DNA of 64,000 bases from a virus, in IMG/VR virus record IMGVR_UViG_3300034107_000314, positions 91,260 to 155,259 of that record; one strand, given 5' to 3'. The translations under genes and the position numbers were made by a program. The first letter of the stretch is position 1. Each line of letters begins with the position of its first letter. Under the pieces are notes generated by a model that did not search any database, was not told the DNA's origin, and was given only the letters and a program-made list of their open reading frames with translations. This document shows, one piece after another, positions 50,502 through 64,000 of this stretch.

Positions 50502-53500
50502 ATGCCAATCATCCAAAGGAATCAGCTTGTACTTAGCAATCTCGTATACACTACAGGGAATTATATAAATCCTAACTGGATTGTTTCTTTATCTCCATAT
50601 AAGGTTGGAAATACAGTAGCGCAATGGAATGCTAATAAGCTACAGGGCTATCCAATTTATACAGGAGTGCCTATAAGTGGCAACACTTTATCTTGGAACG
50701 AAGCTAGTGGATATTGGATGTCTTCAGGAATCCCCATACCCGTGGGTGGACTTGAAGGTCAGATTATTTCTAAGGCTACTGACACTGATTATGATATCCA
50801 GTGGGTTGATAACTATGCCCCAGACGTTAGAATAGTCTGTAAAAATGATTCAGGGGCTAATATCCTTCGCGGTCAAGCTGTAATGGCAGTGGATGCAGTT
50901 GGAGATAGAATTAGAATTGCAAAATCTGTTGCAAATGGATCTGTAGATCCTAAATATATGTTAGGCGTAGCTTTTGAAAATATAAACGATGGAGCTGAAG
51001 GGTATGTGACACTCCTTGGCGAAATTAAAAACATAAGTACTAATTCATATATAGTTGGTACAGTTTTATGGCTAGACCCAGCAACTCCCGGAGGATTCAC
51101 TTCTACTGAGCCAGCCCCACCAAACCTTAGAATGTCCATAGCTATAGTGACAAGATCTCAGGCTAGCACAGGTCGTATTTTCGTTCGCATGTGGACACAA
51201 CAACCATCACTTCATGAGCTTTTTGACACTGCTATTTCTAGTCCACAGAACGGAGATACTTTAGTATATCATTCTGGTTCAGGCGTATGGTATAACTCTA
51301 TTGTTGCTGGCCAGATTGGAGCTACTGGAAGTACAGGCGCTACTGGTGTAGCTGGTAATCAAGGTGCTACTGGAAGTACAGGTGCTACTGGTGTAACTGG
51401 TAATCAGGGTGCTACTGGAAGTACAGGTGCTACTGGCGTAACTGGTGGAACTGGAGCTACTGGGGTAACTGGTAATCAAGGTGCTACTGGAAGTACAGGT
51501 GCTACTGGCGTAACTGGTAATCAAGGCGCTACTGGAAGTACGGGTGCTATTGGCGTAACTGGTGGAACTGGAGCTACTGGCGTAACTGGTAATCAAGGTG
51601 CTACTGGGAGTACAGGTGCTACTGGCGTAACTGGTAATCAGGGTGCTACTGGAAGTACAGGTGCTACTGGCGTAACTGGTGGAACTGGAGCTACTGGCGT
51701 AACTGGTAATCAGGGCGCTACTGGAAGTACAGGCGCTACCGGAGTAACTGGTAATCAAGGTGCTACTGGAAGTACAGGTGCTACTGGCGTAACTGGTAAT
51801 CAGGGTGCTACTGGAAGTACAGGTGCTACTGGCGTAACTGGTGGAACTGGAGCTACTGGCGTAACTGGTAATCAGGGCGCTACTGGAAGTACAGGCGCTA
51901 CCGGAGTAACTGGTAATCAAGGTGCTACTGGAAGTACAGGTGCTACTGGCGTAACTGGTGGAACTGGAGCTACTGGCCCCGGAACTATTATTTCAGGTAC
52001 AGGAAACTACATCCCAATTTATAGCGGCAATACAGTAACTTTGCAACCCCAAGGTATTGCGTATATCGACACTGGAAATTTAAGATTCGGTATAAATAGA
52101 GGAGCGTTTCCAACTGGAACTCTTGATATTTCTACCTCTTCAGCTTCTACTAAAGGATTAATTGTTCGCGGATCAACTTCACAGACTGCTAATATTTTAG
52201 AATTACAGGATGTAAATGCAAATATAGGATTTGCAGTATCTCCAGTGGGAATTGCATATCAAAATCTTAATGAGTGTGTTATCTTTGGCAATGGAATGTC
52301 AGCAACTGGCAATAGACAATACAATGTTGTTGTTGGACACAGACAAACGGTTGCTCCTGTTGGTGCAGAATCTGTTGTTGGCACTGGTAATATTGAAATT
52401 GGATGGAGAGCATTCGCTTATGGTCCAGTTGTAGGAAAATTTAATACATTGATTGGACACGATGTATCAAATAACTATTCGTATAATGCCAATACCAATG
52501 GATCTTCTGGAAACTTCTCTTATAATGTTGTAATAGGAAATCATGCAAATTATAGATATCAAGACCCTGCTAGAATAGGAAATGTATTTATCGGTGGATC
52601 GCCAAATAATAATGGAGTTGGATCTTGGGGGTCTGGATCTTACAATATTGCTATTGGACAGGCCATGCAGTCAAACGGAGTGATTGGACATTTTGGTAGT
52701 AATTCTATTGAAATATGTACAATAACATCAAATAATATGTTGAGATACGGTGGAGCTTCTACTGTTGTACTTTCTAATAAATTAAATATTGAATCTACTA
52801 TAGTTGGCGACACAAATACAAAAAGAATATATATTGGTAATTCCAATACCAGTGGAACCTTATCTCCAAATTCAACTCTACAAATAGTTCCTAAAAATGC
52901 AACAGATAAAGTATTAATAGTACAAGCTACAACCGCACAAACCGCTAATTTATTTGAAGTTCAAAATTCTACTAGTAATGCATTAATGTATATTGACGCA
53001 TATGGAAATCAGTCTGGAATTTCAGCTAGCTATCCAAGTGGAGTTACTCTTTCTAGTGGAATTCCAACCGTTACAACTAGTAAAATTTATGCAAGTGGTA
53101 CAACTTTATACTGGAATGGAGTTGCGGTAACTAGCGCTGGAGCTACTGGAAGTACCGGAGCTACTGGCGTAACTGGTAATCAAGGTGCTACCGGAAGTAC
53201 AGGCGCTACCGGAGTAACTGGTAATCAAGGTGCTACTGGAAGTACAGGTGCTACTGGTGTAACTGGTGGAACTGGAGCTACTGGGGTAACTGGTAATCAA
53301 GGTGCTACTGGTAGCACTGGAGCAACTGGTGTAACTGGTAATCAGGGCGCTACTGGAAGTACAGGAGCGACTGGTGTAACTGGTGGAACTGGAGCCACTG
53401 GTGTAACTGGTAATCAAGGTGCTACTGGAAGTACGGGTGCTACTGGTGTAACTGGTAATCAAGGAGCTACCGGAAGTACAGGTGCAACTGGCGTAACTGG

Positions 53501-55928
53501 TGTTACAGGTAGTACAGGTGCAACTGGTTTAAGGGGTGCTACTGGAAGTACAGGAGCAACTGGTGTAACTGGTAATCAGGGCGCTACTGGAAGTACAGGC
53601 GCTACTGGCGTAACTGGTAATCAAGGCGCTACTGGAAGTACGGGTGCTACTGGTATAACTGGTAATCAAGGTGCTACTGGAAGTACGGGTGCTACTGGCG
53701 TAACTGGTAATCAAGGTGCTACTGGAAGTACAGGCGCTACTGGCGTAACTGGCAATCAGGGTTCTACTGGTATAACTGGTAATCAAGGTGCTACTGGAAG
53801 TACAGGAGCAACTGGTGTAACTGGTAATCAAGGTGCTACTGGAAGTACAGGCGCTACTGGCGTAACTGGTAATCAAGGTGCTACTGGAAGTACAGGCGCT
53901 ACTGGCGTAACTGGTAATCAAGGTGCTACTGGAAGTACGGGTGCTACTGGCGTAACTGGTAATCAAGGAGCTACCGGAAGTACAGGCGCAACTGGCGTAA
54001 CTGGTGTTACAGGCAGCACAGGTGCGACTGGTTTAAGAGGTGCTACTGGAAGTACAGGCGCTACTGGCGTAACTGGCAATCAGGGTTCTACTGGTGTAAC
54101 TGGTAATCAAGGTGCTACTGGAAGTACAGGAGCAACTGGTGTAACTGGTAATCAAGGTGCTACTGGAAGTACAGGAGCAACTGGTGTAACTGGTAATCAG
54201 GGCGCTACTGGAAGTACAGGTGCTACAGGTTTAACTGGAGCAACTGGCCCCGGAACTATTATCTCCGGCACAGGAAACTACATCCCAATCTATAGTGGCA
54301 ATACAGTAACGATCATGCCACAGAATGTAGCATACATTGATACTACCAACAGAAGGCTTGGGATAAATAACCCTTCGCCTTTAGCGTCAATCGATATTAT
54401 AAATCAATCCAATACTACAATAGGAACAATAATAAAAGCAGCAGCTTCTCAATCCGCTGATCTATTAGAAATTCAAAACTCGTCATCTATTCCTTTATTT
54501 ACTGTAAATTCTGCTGGCAGAGTTGGGATCGGATCAGGTTCACAAATTCCAACCGGAACTCTAGATATTACCTCTATGTCTACAACTACAGTTGGACAAA
54601 TAACAAGATCAATCCCCGGCCAAACTGCTAATATAGCAGAATTTAGAGATAGTAATGGCAATGGCGTGCTTTCGATTGATAGTTTAGGAAGAGTCAGTCA
54701 AGTAATTAGTGGAGTTACTGGTGGAGCAGGATTTCAAAGTACTGCCTTTGGATACAATGCTATGGCAAATGCAACTAGCGCCGCTGCGTTAAATACATTT
54801 TTTGGGTATAGCCCTTCGGTGGCAGCGTTATCTGGAACTAGAAATACATGCGTGGGATATACCGCTGGATCAGCTCTTACTGCCGGAGGCTTTAATGTAT
54901 TAATAGGATTTGCTCCGGGTTCAATATCAACTGGAAGTAGAAATGTTTTAATTGGGTATCACGCCAATATAGGCAATCTATCTGATACAATTGCTATAGG
55001 AGATCAAGCATTAGCTAATACAACCGGAGCTGGAAATCTTGCTATTGGAAGTGTTGCATTGGCGAGTAATGTGTCTGGAATTGACAATACAGCGGTTGGT
55101 ACAGACGCTGGAAGAGCTGGTGGCTCATACGTTATCGCTAATGCTTATTTTGGTAGAACTGTTGGATATTTTAATAATGGTAGTTATAATACAGCAGTTG
55201 GAAGTAGAGCTTTAGGTGGAAATCAAGGCGGCACAGCAGACAGCAATCAAAACACTGCAATTGGTTATTTCTCAATGGCTGCTGAAAGATCTGGTAATTT
55301 CAACACTGCTGTAGGATATAATACACTTGGAGCTGTATTTTCAGGTCCATACAATACTGTTATTGGACATAACGCAACTCTTGGAAGTAATTATTTATCT
55401 GGGTGCATTATCGTTGGAGCGGCAGCTACGGCTAACCAAAACAATCAATTAGTAATTGGCTCTACGTCAATTAAAGTTGGCAAATCAGATAATACTGGCG
55501 AACAAGCTGTGTCGCTCACTGCTCCTAGTGGAGTGTCTAGACTGTTAGAGTCCAGAATTAATGGAACTATTTATAATATACCATTACTACCATCTGGCGC
55601 AACTAATCTTGCGGCAACAGTAGTCACTCCTCCTATCATAACTTCTACTGGCGGATTAACATTAACTAATTCACATAATGGATATATAATTGAACAGACT
55701 GGCGTAGTTGCGTCTGGAACATTTACTATAGGCAGCACTGCTGAAATTACTATTCCCGGCTGGAACTGCATGATTGTTAATATTGGTAGTGGTGCTATAG
55801 TTGCAAGCGGAACAGGTAATACTATGAGGTCTCCGGGCTATCTTAATAGATCCCGAACTCAATTCTCATCAATTAGTATCTATCGTCGTGCAGCTGGAGA
55901 TTATGTACTTGGGGGTGACTTAGCATGA
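50502..55928 (+). CDS. collagen-like tail fibre / adhesin (Gly-X-Thr repeats plus beta-roll domains)
   Basis: Two long ([15 protein letters not shown])n blocks and NTAVG/NIAIG beta-roll repeats. Confidence 0.85.
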   Translation: MPIIQRNQLVLSNLVYTTGNYINPNWIVSLSPYKVGNTVAQWNANKLQGYPIYTGVPISGNTLSWNEASGYWMSSGIPIPVGGLEGQIISKATDTDYDIQWVDNYAPDVRIVCKNDSGANILRGQAVMAVDAVGDRIRIAKSVANGSVDPKYMLGVAFENINDGAEGYVTLLGEIKNISTNSYIVGTVLWLDPATPGGFTSTEPAPPNLRMSIAIVTRSQASTGRIFVRMWTQQPSLHELFDTAISSPQNGDTLVYHSGSGVWYNSIVAGQIGATGSTGATGVAGNQGATGSTGATGVTGNQGATGSTGATGVTGGTGATGVTGNQGATGSTGATGVTGNQGATGSTGAIGVTGGTGATGVTGNQGATGSTGATGVTGNQGATGSTGATGVTGGTGATGVTGNQGATGSTGATGVTGNQGATGSTGATGVTGNQGATGSTGATGVTGGTGATGVTGNQGATGSTGATGVTGNQGATGSTGATGVTGGTGATGPGTIISGTGNYIPIYSGNTVTLQPQGIAYIDTGNLRFGINRGAFPTGTLDISTSSASTKGLIVRGSTSQTANILELQDVNANIGFAVSPVGIAYQNLNECVIFGNGMSATGNRQYNVVVGHRQTVAPVGAESVVGTGNIEIGWRAFAYGPVVGKFNTLIGHDVSNNYSYNANTNGSSGNFSYNVVIGNHANYRYQDPARIGNVFIGGSPNNNGVGSWGSGSYNIAIGQAMQSNGVIGHFGSNSIEICTITSNNMLRYGGASTVVLSNKLNIESTIVGDTNTKRIYIGNSNTSGTLSPNSTLQIVPKNATDKVLIVQATTAQTANLFEVQNSTSNALMYIDAYGNQSGISASYPSGVTLSSGIPTVTTSKIYASGTTLYWNGVAVTSAGATGSTGATGVTGNQGATGSTGATGVTGNQGATGSTGATGVTGGTGATGVTGNQGATGSTGATGVTGNQGATGSTGATGVTGGTGATGVTGNQGATGSTGATGVTGNQGATGSTGATGVTGVTGSTGATGLRGATGSTGATGVTGNQGATGSTGATGVTGNQGATGSTGATGITGNQGATGSTGATGVTGNQGATGSTGATGVTGNQGSTGITGNQGATGSTGATGVTGNQGATGSTGATGVTGNQGATGSTGATGVTGNQGATGSTGATGVTGNQGATGSTGATGVTGVTGSTGATGLRGATGSTGATGVTGNQGSTGVTGNQGATGSTGATGVTGNQGATGSTGATGVTGNQGATGSTGATGLTGATGPGTIISGTGNYIPIYSGNTVTIMPQNVAYIDTTNRRLGINNPSPLASIDIINQSNTTIGTIIKAAASQSADLLEIQNSSSIPLFTVNSAGRVGIGSGSQIPTGTLDITSMSTTTVGQITRSIPGQTANIAEFRDSNGNGVLSIDSLGRVSQVISGVTGGAGFQSTAFGYNAMANATSAAALNTFFGYSPSVAALSGTRNTCVGYTAGSALTAGGFNVLIGFAPGSISTGSRNVLIGYHANIGNLSDTIAIGDQALANTTGAGNLAIGSVALASNVSGIDNTAVGTDAGRAGGSYVIANAYFGRTVGYFNNGSYNTAVGSRALGGNQGGTADSNQNTAIGYFSMAAERSGNFNTAVGYNTLGAVFSGPYNTVIGHNATLGSNYLSGCIIVGAAATANQNNQLVIGSTSIKVGKSDNTGEQAVSLTAPSGVSRLLESRINGTIYNIPLLPSGATNLAATVVTPPIITSTGGLTLTNSHNGYIIEQTGVVASGTFTIGSTAEITIPGWNCMIVNIGSGAIVASGTGNTMRSPGYLNRSRTQFSSISIYRRAAGDYVLGGDLA
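51318..51981 (+). repeat. collagen-like coding tandem repeat block 1
   Basis: Units such as GGTGCTACTGGAAGTACAGGTGCTACTGGCGTAACTGGTAATCAA. Confidence 0.95.
53139..54251 (+). repeat. collagen-like coding tandem repeat block 2
   Basis: Same units as block 1. Confidence 0.95.
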
Positions 55929-56617
55929 GTTTTTCTATTCCAACACTAAGAGCATATAGAATTACTACGGGCGGTATAGCCCCAGCAGCTCCAACTTTTA
56001 GCGTTGGAGTGTCATGTAACGGATCTTCTAGTGTACTGAATGGGTTTTTTAGCACTGCAACTGCTGGATCTTCTTTAGTATATACCATAGATGGAAGCAC
56101 TCCTGTTTACGGATCTAACGGAACTATAATTCCATGTGCAACTGGTTATTTTGTTACTACAACTCCTACATCATGTGAACAACAAAATATTGGCGCTGCC
56201 ATATGTCCTTCTGTAACAACAATCAAAGCTATTGCATATTTAAGTGGACAATCAAGTAGTGTAGCTACTACGACAGCATGTAGAACTTGTCCGGGTAGTT
56301 TAACAGCTCCGACTATAACGTCAACGTGTCCATTGGGTGGAGGAATGGGATGTAACGGGGGGCAAATTTCATTTACAATATCTGGTGGTGGAGGAGGATG
56401 CTCAGTTCTTCGGTATACAATTGCAGAAGGATCTCCTCCTGCTGATCCAACAATAAGTAGCAATAGCGCAACAGCAGGAGCTGCGTTTATTTATTACGGA
56501 ACAACTCCAGCTACTTTTCCTCCGGTGCAAGTATACATAAAAGCAGCATGGTTTGATCCAAGCTGCAGTTTAGTTTCGACCATTACATCCGCTAGCAATG
56601 GATATGTTTATCCTTAA
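55925..56617 (+). CDS. Cys-rich protein with two Fn3-associated (CHB_HEX_C-like) domains
   Basis: APTFS...VYTIDGSTP...[12 protein letters not shown]; second copy RYT..EGSP..DP. Confidence 0.65.
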   Translation: MSFSIPTLRAYRITTGGIAPAAPTFSVGVSCNGSSSVLNGFFSTATAGSSLVYTIDGSTPVYGSNGTIIPCATGYFVTTTPTSCEQQNIGAAICPSVTTIKAIAYLSGQSSSVATTTACRTCPGSLTAPTITSTCPLGGGMGCNGGQISFTISGGGGGCSVLRYTIAEGSPPADPTISSNSATAGAAFIYYGTTPATFPPVQVYIKAAWFDPSCSLVSTITSASNGYVYP

Positions 56618-56634
56618 TTAAAAAGGCGAAGCTC

Positions 56635-57951
56635 ATGGGAACCTCATACAATCCTAAAATAGTAACAGACGGACTAGTTCTTAATTTAGATCCTGCTAAT
56701 GTTAAAAGTTATCCGGCTAATCAAGACCCTTTTGTAAATAATGTAAGTTTAATGCTTGATGGAGAAAGCTTAGTTGACCAAAGTGCAAACGCAAGAACTT
56801 TCACTGCTTCTGTAGGTGCATCAGTTAGCACAGCAAATAAAAAATTTGGAAATTCTAGTATATACTGCACTGGAAGCACTAGTTATATCTATAATAGTTC
56901 ATTTAATAGCTCTTTTAGTGGCGATTTTACAATTGAATTTTGGGCATATCATAATTCTTTTGGATCTAGCAATGCTTTAATTGTCATAGGAAATGAATCA
57001 AGCGGAAGACATGTAATGTTTATAAATAGTAGTGGAAAAGTTGCAGTTGATTTATATTTTACTGGCACTATAGGAACTTTTAATACCACTATATCAACTG
57101 GAACTTGGAATCACTATGTATTAACAAGAAGTGGTACAACAGTAAAATTATTTGTAAATGGAACTTTAGATTCTACTACTGTATCAGTGTCTGGTACTTT
57201 TGGTAATGGTAATGGAGTTTATATTGGAGCAGTTTCCAGCGCCGTAAACGGAAGCAATGCATATTTTGATGACATAAGAATAACTTCGGGAATTTCAAGA
57301 TATACAGCAAGTTTCACGCCCCCAACCACTCCACTTTCTTTACCCGGAAGGTTAACTGACTTAACTAAAAATAAATTAAACACAACCTTAATTAGTGGTC
57401 CAACGTATAGTGGTGGAAGTCTAGTATTTGATGGAAGCACTCAATATATAAATGTAGGATCTAATTCTAATTTAATTTTAGGAACAAATAATTTCGCATT
57501 AGAGTTATGGTTCAAGCCAATAGCAAGATTGCAATCATATCCCTTTTTACTTCATAATCAAGTTGGAGGAGGCGGGTTCACTACAAATTGCTGGCAAATT
57601 AACGACAGACACGCCAACAATCCTACGTTAGTTACCTTCTGGAATTATAATTATAACGCTGGATCTTCTGCAATGCTAGCTAGCACTTCAATAGCTAATG
57701 GTAATTGGTATCATCTTGTAATAACTAGAATTGGAAATTTATTTTCAATGTATTTAAATTCTACTTTGCAATCAAGTGTAACATCCTCTATTAGTATGGA
57801 TAATGGCGTTGCTAAGAATTATGGATTCAATACAACCGGAGGGGGTGGATTTAATGGAAACGCATCATCAATTAAAATATATAATAATAAAGGGCTAACT
57901 GCCGCTGAAGTGTTTCAAAATTACAACGCTACAAAAGGAAGGTTTGTATGA
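56635..57951 (+). CDS. double LamG/concanavalin-A domain virion protein
   Basis: DFTIEFW, WNHYVLTR, LFVNG, DDIRIT; WYHLV, EVFQNYNA. Confidence 0.85.
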   Translation: MGTSYNPKIVTDGLVLNLDPANVKSYPANQDPFVNNVSLMLDGESLVDQSANARTFTASVGASVSTANKKFGNSSIYCTGSTSYIYNSSFNSSFSGDFTIEFWAYHNSFGSSNALIVIGNESSGRHVMFINSSGKVAVDLYFTGTIGTFNTTISTGTWNHYVLTRSGTTVKLFVNGTLDSTTVSVSGTFGNGNGVYIGAVSSAVNGSNAYFDDIRITSGISRYTASFTPPTTPLSLPGRLTDLTKNKLNTTLISGPTYSGGSLVFDGSTQYINVGSNSNLILGTNNFALELWFKPIARLQSYPFLLHNQVGGGGFTTNCWQINDRHANNPTLVTFWNYNYNAGSSAMLASTSIANGNWYHLVITRIGNLFSMYLNSTLQSSVTSSISMDNGVAKNYGFNTTGGGGFNGNASSIKIYNNKGLTAAEVFQNYNATKGRFV

Positions 57952-59363
57952 GTTTATCCCATCACCCAAATATAGTTAGGAATGGATTAGTTGCATATTT
58001 TGATGCGGCAAATCCGAAGAGTTATCCTGCGGGTCAAGATTCATATGCCAATAACGTAAGTTTGCTTCTTGATGGTGAAAGCCTGACGGATAAAAGTCAA
58101 AATAATTTCACAGTCACAAATAGTAGTGTCGCGGTTAGCTCAGCCGAAGTCAAATATGGAACTTCTAGTTTATATTTTAATGGGGCAAGTTATTTATCAA
58201 TTCCCGATTCTACAGCATTCGGGTTTGGAACGGGCGATTTCACTATAGAATTTTGGCTTAAATTAGGAGCGGCGATTACTGCTACATCTGGAGATGCAAG
58301 TTTTAGATCTATAGTTAATAAATACTCAGCAGGAAGTAATGGCACAGAAGACGCTTTCTATGTATTTCTTAATAATGCCGCTGGAACTATGCAGTTTAAT
58401 GTTGGTTTTGTATCGAACACAATAGGATCTAATTTTGCATTTAATATTACTGGAGTTGATACTTCATTAAATAGTGTATGGAATCATGTAGCAGTAGTAA
58501 GAAGTAGTGGGTCGCTTAAAGTTTATTTTAATGGAACTCAAATTGGAACAACTCAAGCATATAGCTCAAGTATTAACCAAGGAACATTACCTTTGTTAGT
58601 TGGGGCTAGAACATATGCTCCAATTGATTTATATTTTAATGGATATATAGATGATTTAAGAATTACTAAGGCGGCAAGGTATACGGCAAACTTCACGCCC
58701 CCAATCGCTCCATTTTCTTTACCGGGAAGAATTACTAATTTAACAACCAACAAAGGAGTCGGAAGTTTTATTGGTAGCGATATTTCATATTCGTCAACAA
58801 ATGCTGGTACAGTAACTTTAGGTGGTAGTAATGGATACGGAGTTTTACCAAACACTTTAACGATAGGACCAACTAGCACATTTACACTTTGCGCTTGGGT
58901 TAATTATATTTCAAGGCCAACTGGTGGAGTTGCAAGAAGATCCGTTCTTGATCAAAGCGTAAATACAAATGATTTTGAACCTATACTTGGATTTCCTTAT
59001 ACGTATTCTGCTAGTAAAATGGGATTAGAAGTAGGAAAGGCGGGAGTAGCTTCTCAGATAGCTTATTCTGCCAATACAAATAATCTTGATCAATGGTATT
59101 ACTTAACAGGATTATTTAAAAATGGATCAGCAGATTTTTATATAAATGGAGTTTATCAATCTAGCGTAACTTATAGCGCAACAGTAAATAGTGCAACAGC
59201 AAATTCTAAAAACTGGGGAATCGGCGGTGTATTTTTTAATGGAACTATAGTTGGACCATATGCAAATTGTAAAGTTGGTCCAATTCAAGTTTATAATAGA
59301 AATTTAGCTTCGGGTGAAATTTTCCAAAATTACAACGCAACAAAATCCCGCTATGGTTATTAA
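57948..59363 (+). CDS. double LamG/concanavalin-A domain virion protein
   Basis: FGTGDFTIEFW, WNHVAVVR, FNGYIDDLRIT, EIFQNYNA. Confidence 0.85.
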   Translation: MSLSHHPNIVRNGLVAYFDAANPKSYPAGQDSYANNVSLLLDGESLTDKSQNNFTVTNSSVAVSSAEVKYGTSSLYFNGASYLSIPDSTAFGFGTGDFTIEFWLKLGAAITATSGDASFRSIVNKYSAGSNGTEDAFYVFLNNAAGTMQFNVGFVSNTIGSNFAFNITGVDTSLNSVWNHVAVVRSSGSLKVYFNGTQIGTTQAYSSSINQGTLPLLVGARTYAPIDLYFNGYIDDLRITKAARYTANFTPPIAPFSLPGRITNLTTNKGVGSFIGSDISYSSTNAGTVTLGGSNGYGVLPNTLTIGPTSTFTLCAWVNYISRPTGGVARRSVLDQSVNTNDFEPILGFPYTYSASKMGLEVGKAGVASQIAYSANTNNLDQWYYLTGLFKNGSADFYINGVYQSSVTYSATVNSATANSKNWGIGGVFFNGTIVGPYANCKVGPIQVYNRNLASGEIFQNYNATKSRYGY

Positions 59364-59375
59364 ACGACGAACGGA

Positions 59376-60743
59376 GTGAGTCTCATGAGTAATTCTGCTG
59401 GACCTAAAATAACTAAAGATGGATTAGTACTTGACTTTGATGCTGCTAACCCTAAGAGCTATAATTTCTATGCAGATCCCTATGCTAGCAATGTTAGCTT
59501 GCATCTTAAAATGGATGGGGCTAATGGTAGTACCACGTTCACTGATTCCAGCCCGAATGCAATTGTGGTAACTGTGGTTGGAAACGCTCAGATTAGCACA
59601 ACTCAAAGTAAGTATAATGGATCGGCGGGATATTTTGATGGAACTGGCGATTATTTAAGTATCCCCGACTCTTCTGCGCCCGTTCTTGGAAGTTCTGATT
59701 GGACAATAGAGGCTTGGATTTATATTTCTGCTGCGAAGAGTTTTAATTGCATCTATGCCAAAAGGCCGCCGGGCGGCTATGGTTTTTCTGTGCAAGTGGA
59801 CGGGGCAAACAACCTTTCGATTTCTGCGTCAACAAATGGGTCAAGCTGGGCATTGCCCGGTTCAAGCCTTGGCAGTGGCTATGTAGCGGGTGCATGGACA
59901 CATGTTGCTGTCGTTCGATCTGGTAATACAATTACAGGATATAAAAACGGGGTTTCAACAGGAACACAGACGTTATCTGGAACGATTTGGCCCTCAACGG
60001 GTTATGTCGCTGCCGTTGCATCGGGTTTAGCTGGAGATACAAGCCAAGATTTCAACGGTTACATTGATAACTTAAAAATCTCTTCATTTGCTCGTTACAC
60101 GTCCAACTTCACATCTCCTCCAATTCCTTCTACATGTACAGACTTAACTAAAAATAAAAATGTAGGAACTTTAACTAATGGAGTTGATTATAATTTTTCT
60201 AATGGTGGGAGTTTAGTATTTGATGGAGTCAATGATTATGTAAATATTCCAGCTAGTACAAATTTAACTTTTGGAACTGGTGATTTTACAATGGAAGTTT
60301 GGTGTAAAGCTAGAGCTAAGACTATGCTATATCCTGCTCTCTTATCTGTCAACTTAGCTTGGGCTTCAAATGTTTGGGTTTTAATCGACAGGCATAATGC
60401 AACAGCTCCCACAAAATTTACATTCCATGTATATAATATAGGAAGTCCACTGCTAACAAGTGTCACCGCTCCTTCAAATGGAGTTTGGTATAATGTCGTA
60501 ATTACTAGAATTGGAACTTTATTTTCTATGTATATAAATGGAGTCTTAGAATCTACTGCAACTTCATCAGCTAGCATAGATGGTGGAGTTAGTAATTCTA
60601 TTAATCTAGGAAGACAATTCACTTCGGATTCTACTTATTATGATGGAAATATTCCAAGGGCAAGAATATATAAAGGTAAAGGATTAACTTCTGGGGAAGT
60701 ATATAATAACTTCGTAGCTAATCGTGGCCGATTTGGTGTATAG
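59376..60743 (+). CDS. double LamG/concanavalin-A domain virion protein
   Basis: DWTIEAW, WTHVAVVR, FDGVNDYV, FGTGDFTMEVW. Confidence 0.85.
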   Translation: MSLMSNSAGPKITKDGLVLDFDAANPKSYNFYADPYASNVSLHLKMDGANGSTTFTDSSPNAIVVTVVGNAQISTTQSKYNGSAGYFDGTGDYLSIPDSSAPVLGSSDWTIEAWIYISAAKSFNCIYAKRPPGGYGFSVQVDGANNLSISASTNGSSWALPGSSLGSGYVAGAWTHVAVVRSGNTITGYKNGVSTGTQTLSGTIWPSTGYVAAVASGLAGDTSQDFNGYIDNLKISSFARYTSNFTSPPIPSTCTDLTKNKNVGTLTNGVDYNFSNGGSLVFDGVNDYVNIPASTNLTFGTGDFTMEVWCKARAKTMLYPALLSVNLAWASNVWVLIDRHNATAPTKFTFHVYNIGSPLLTSVTAPSNGVWYNVVITRIGTLFSMYINGVLESTATSSASIDGGVSNSINLGRQFTSDSTYYDGNIPRARIYKGKGLTSGEVYNNFVANRGRFGV

Positions 60744-60782
60744 TATAATAGAAAAATCTTTTTTTAGGAGGTGCAAAAGCAC

Positions 60783-61745
60783 ATGGCAATTCTTTCAATC
60801 TACATTCCAGACGATAGCGCAACTCGCGTATTTGATGCTATTGCGGCGAATTATCGTTATCAGCCAACTGTGTCTAATCCAGTTGCAGGACAAAATATAA
60901 TCACATGGGCGAGTGATACGGGCGTTCTACTATCGCTTGCGAGCGGGGTTGGTTATGTGGGCGATTTGCCCGGAACTAAAGCTCCAGACTATACAACCTA
61001 TCCAGACTCTGGAAATTTACTTGGCGTTGGTCAAAGTGTTGGGTACGCTGGAAGTGGTTTGCCCGATCCTATTGAGCTACCATTCGTTTATAACTCAGAA
61101 ACATCTGCTACGGGAGTTATCATTCCGGGGCCAATTACACCAGTAGTTAATCCTTTTACACTGCAATATGGGCCAAGCGGACAAGTCATTGGTACTGGTG
61201 TTATTACTGGTCAACACCCACAAATGATATCAAACCCCGAAACTAAAGCTATGTTCGCTAATGGAATTGTTCGTGGATTTTTAGCAGAGCATACAAAAGT
61301 ATATGAACTAGACTTAGCTCGTAAAGCAGCAGAAGCAGTTGCAAATGGAACAACTTCAGTGTCAGTGGATGATGGGGCTACGGCGACCGTTTATGATTAT
61401 CATATGGTTTGCTTGGAACCAGCTAAGGCCCAATATGACGGTCTTGCTTCGATCATCTCGCCGGGCAACTCATTTAATATCGCTTTATCTGCTGATGGAA
61501 ATGCTCCTGCGACCCATTATGGTTTACAGGCTGGCATCACAGAAACTGCCCGTCAACAATTACTTGTGCTTGAACTTGCTGGTGGAACAACCACTGGCGG
61601 CGTTCAAACAATGTTCTATGTGAGATGCGACCCACAAACTCATATCGCCCAATCTACAAATATCACGGGTTTTGATGTAGTTGGAAAAATTTGTACATTC
61701 TCTGGTCTATTAGCTCAACTTGGACTTAAAGAAATATCGGAGTAA
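60783..61745 (+). CDS. hypothetical virion-associated protein
   Basis: AGGAGG RBS, within the structural region. Confidence 0.55.
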   Translation: MAILSIYIPDDSATRVFDAIAANYRYQPTVSNPVAGQNIITWASDTGVLLSLASGVGYVGDLPGTKAPDYTTYPDSGNLLGVGQSVGYAGSGLPDPIELPFVYNSETSATGVIIPGPITPVVNPFTLQYGPSGQVIGTGVITGQHPQMISNPETKAMFANGIVRGFLAEHTKVYELDLARKAAEAVANGTTSVSVDDGATATVYDYHMVCLEPAKAQYDGLASIISPGNSFNIALSADGNAPATHYGLQAGITETARQQLLVLELAGGTTTGGVQTMFYVRCDPQTHIAQSTNITGFDVVGKICTFSGLLAQLGLKEISE

Positions 61746-61748
61746 AGA

Positions 61749-64000
<2,252 letters not shown>

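Overview
A 64-kb segment of a large, AT-rich tailed dsDNA bacteriophage. A VPEP (PEP-CTERM) protein points to an exosortase-bearing Gram-negative host, for example Planctomycetota; that host call is inference. 1-20 kb (mostly minus strand): accessory and metabolic genes, including a CAP-domain protein, metallophosphoesterase, thioredoxin, a stand-alone 487-aa TnpB/Cas12-like protein with an altered RuvC triad, two glycosyltransferases plus a methyltransferase, an SSB-like protein, an RNA ligase, HNH endonucleases and a PEP-CTERM protein. 20.7-38.9 kb: a leftward 'early/host-takeover' region of dozens of tiny genes, many with their own sigma70 promoter. 39.6-64 kb (plus strand): sigma-like factor, gmd, terminase, portal, protease/scaffold, capsid, Gly-X-Thr collagen-like fibres and LamG proteins, with a recurring TGTGTATA late-promoter motif. 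Fourteen canonical tRNAs are present. The most striking unexplained signals are non-coding. (i) Seven 77-bp sites of invariant 10-5-10-27-10-5-10 geometry that look like phased pairs of symmetric IHF-type sites between early gene modules. (ii) Three covarying copies of a ~64-nt pseudoknot RNA motif at transcript 5' ends or in tRNA spacers. (iii) Several non-canonical tRNA-like RNAs. (iv) A ~430-nt structured RNA candidate behind a late promoter. All calls were made by eye, without database searches.
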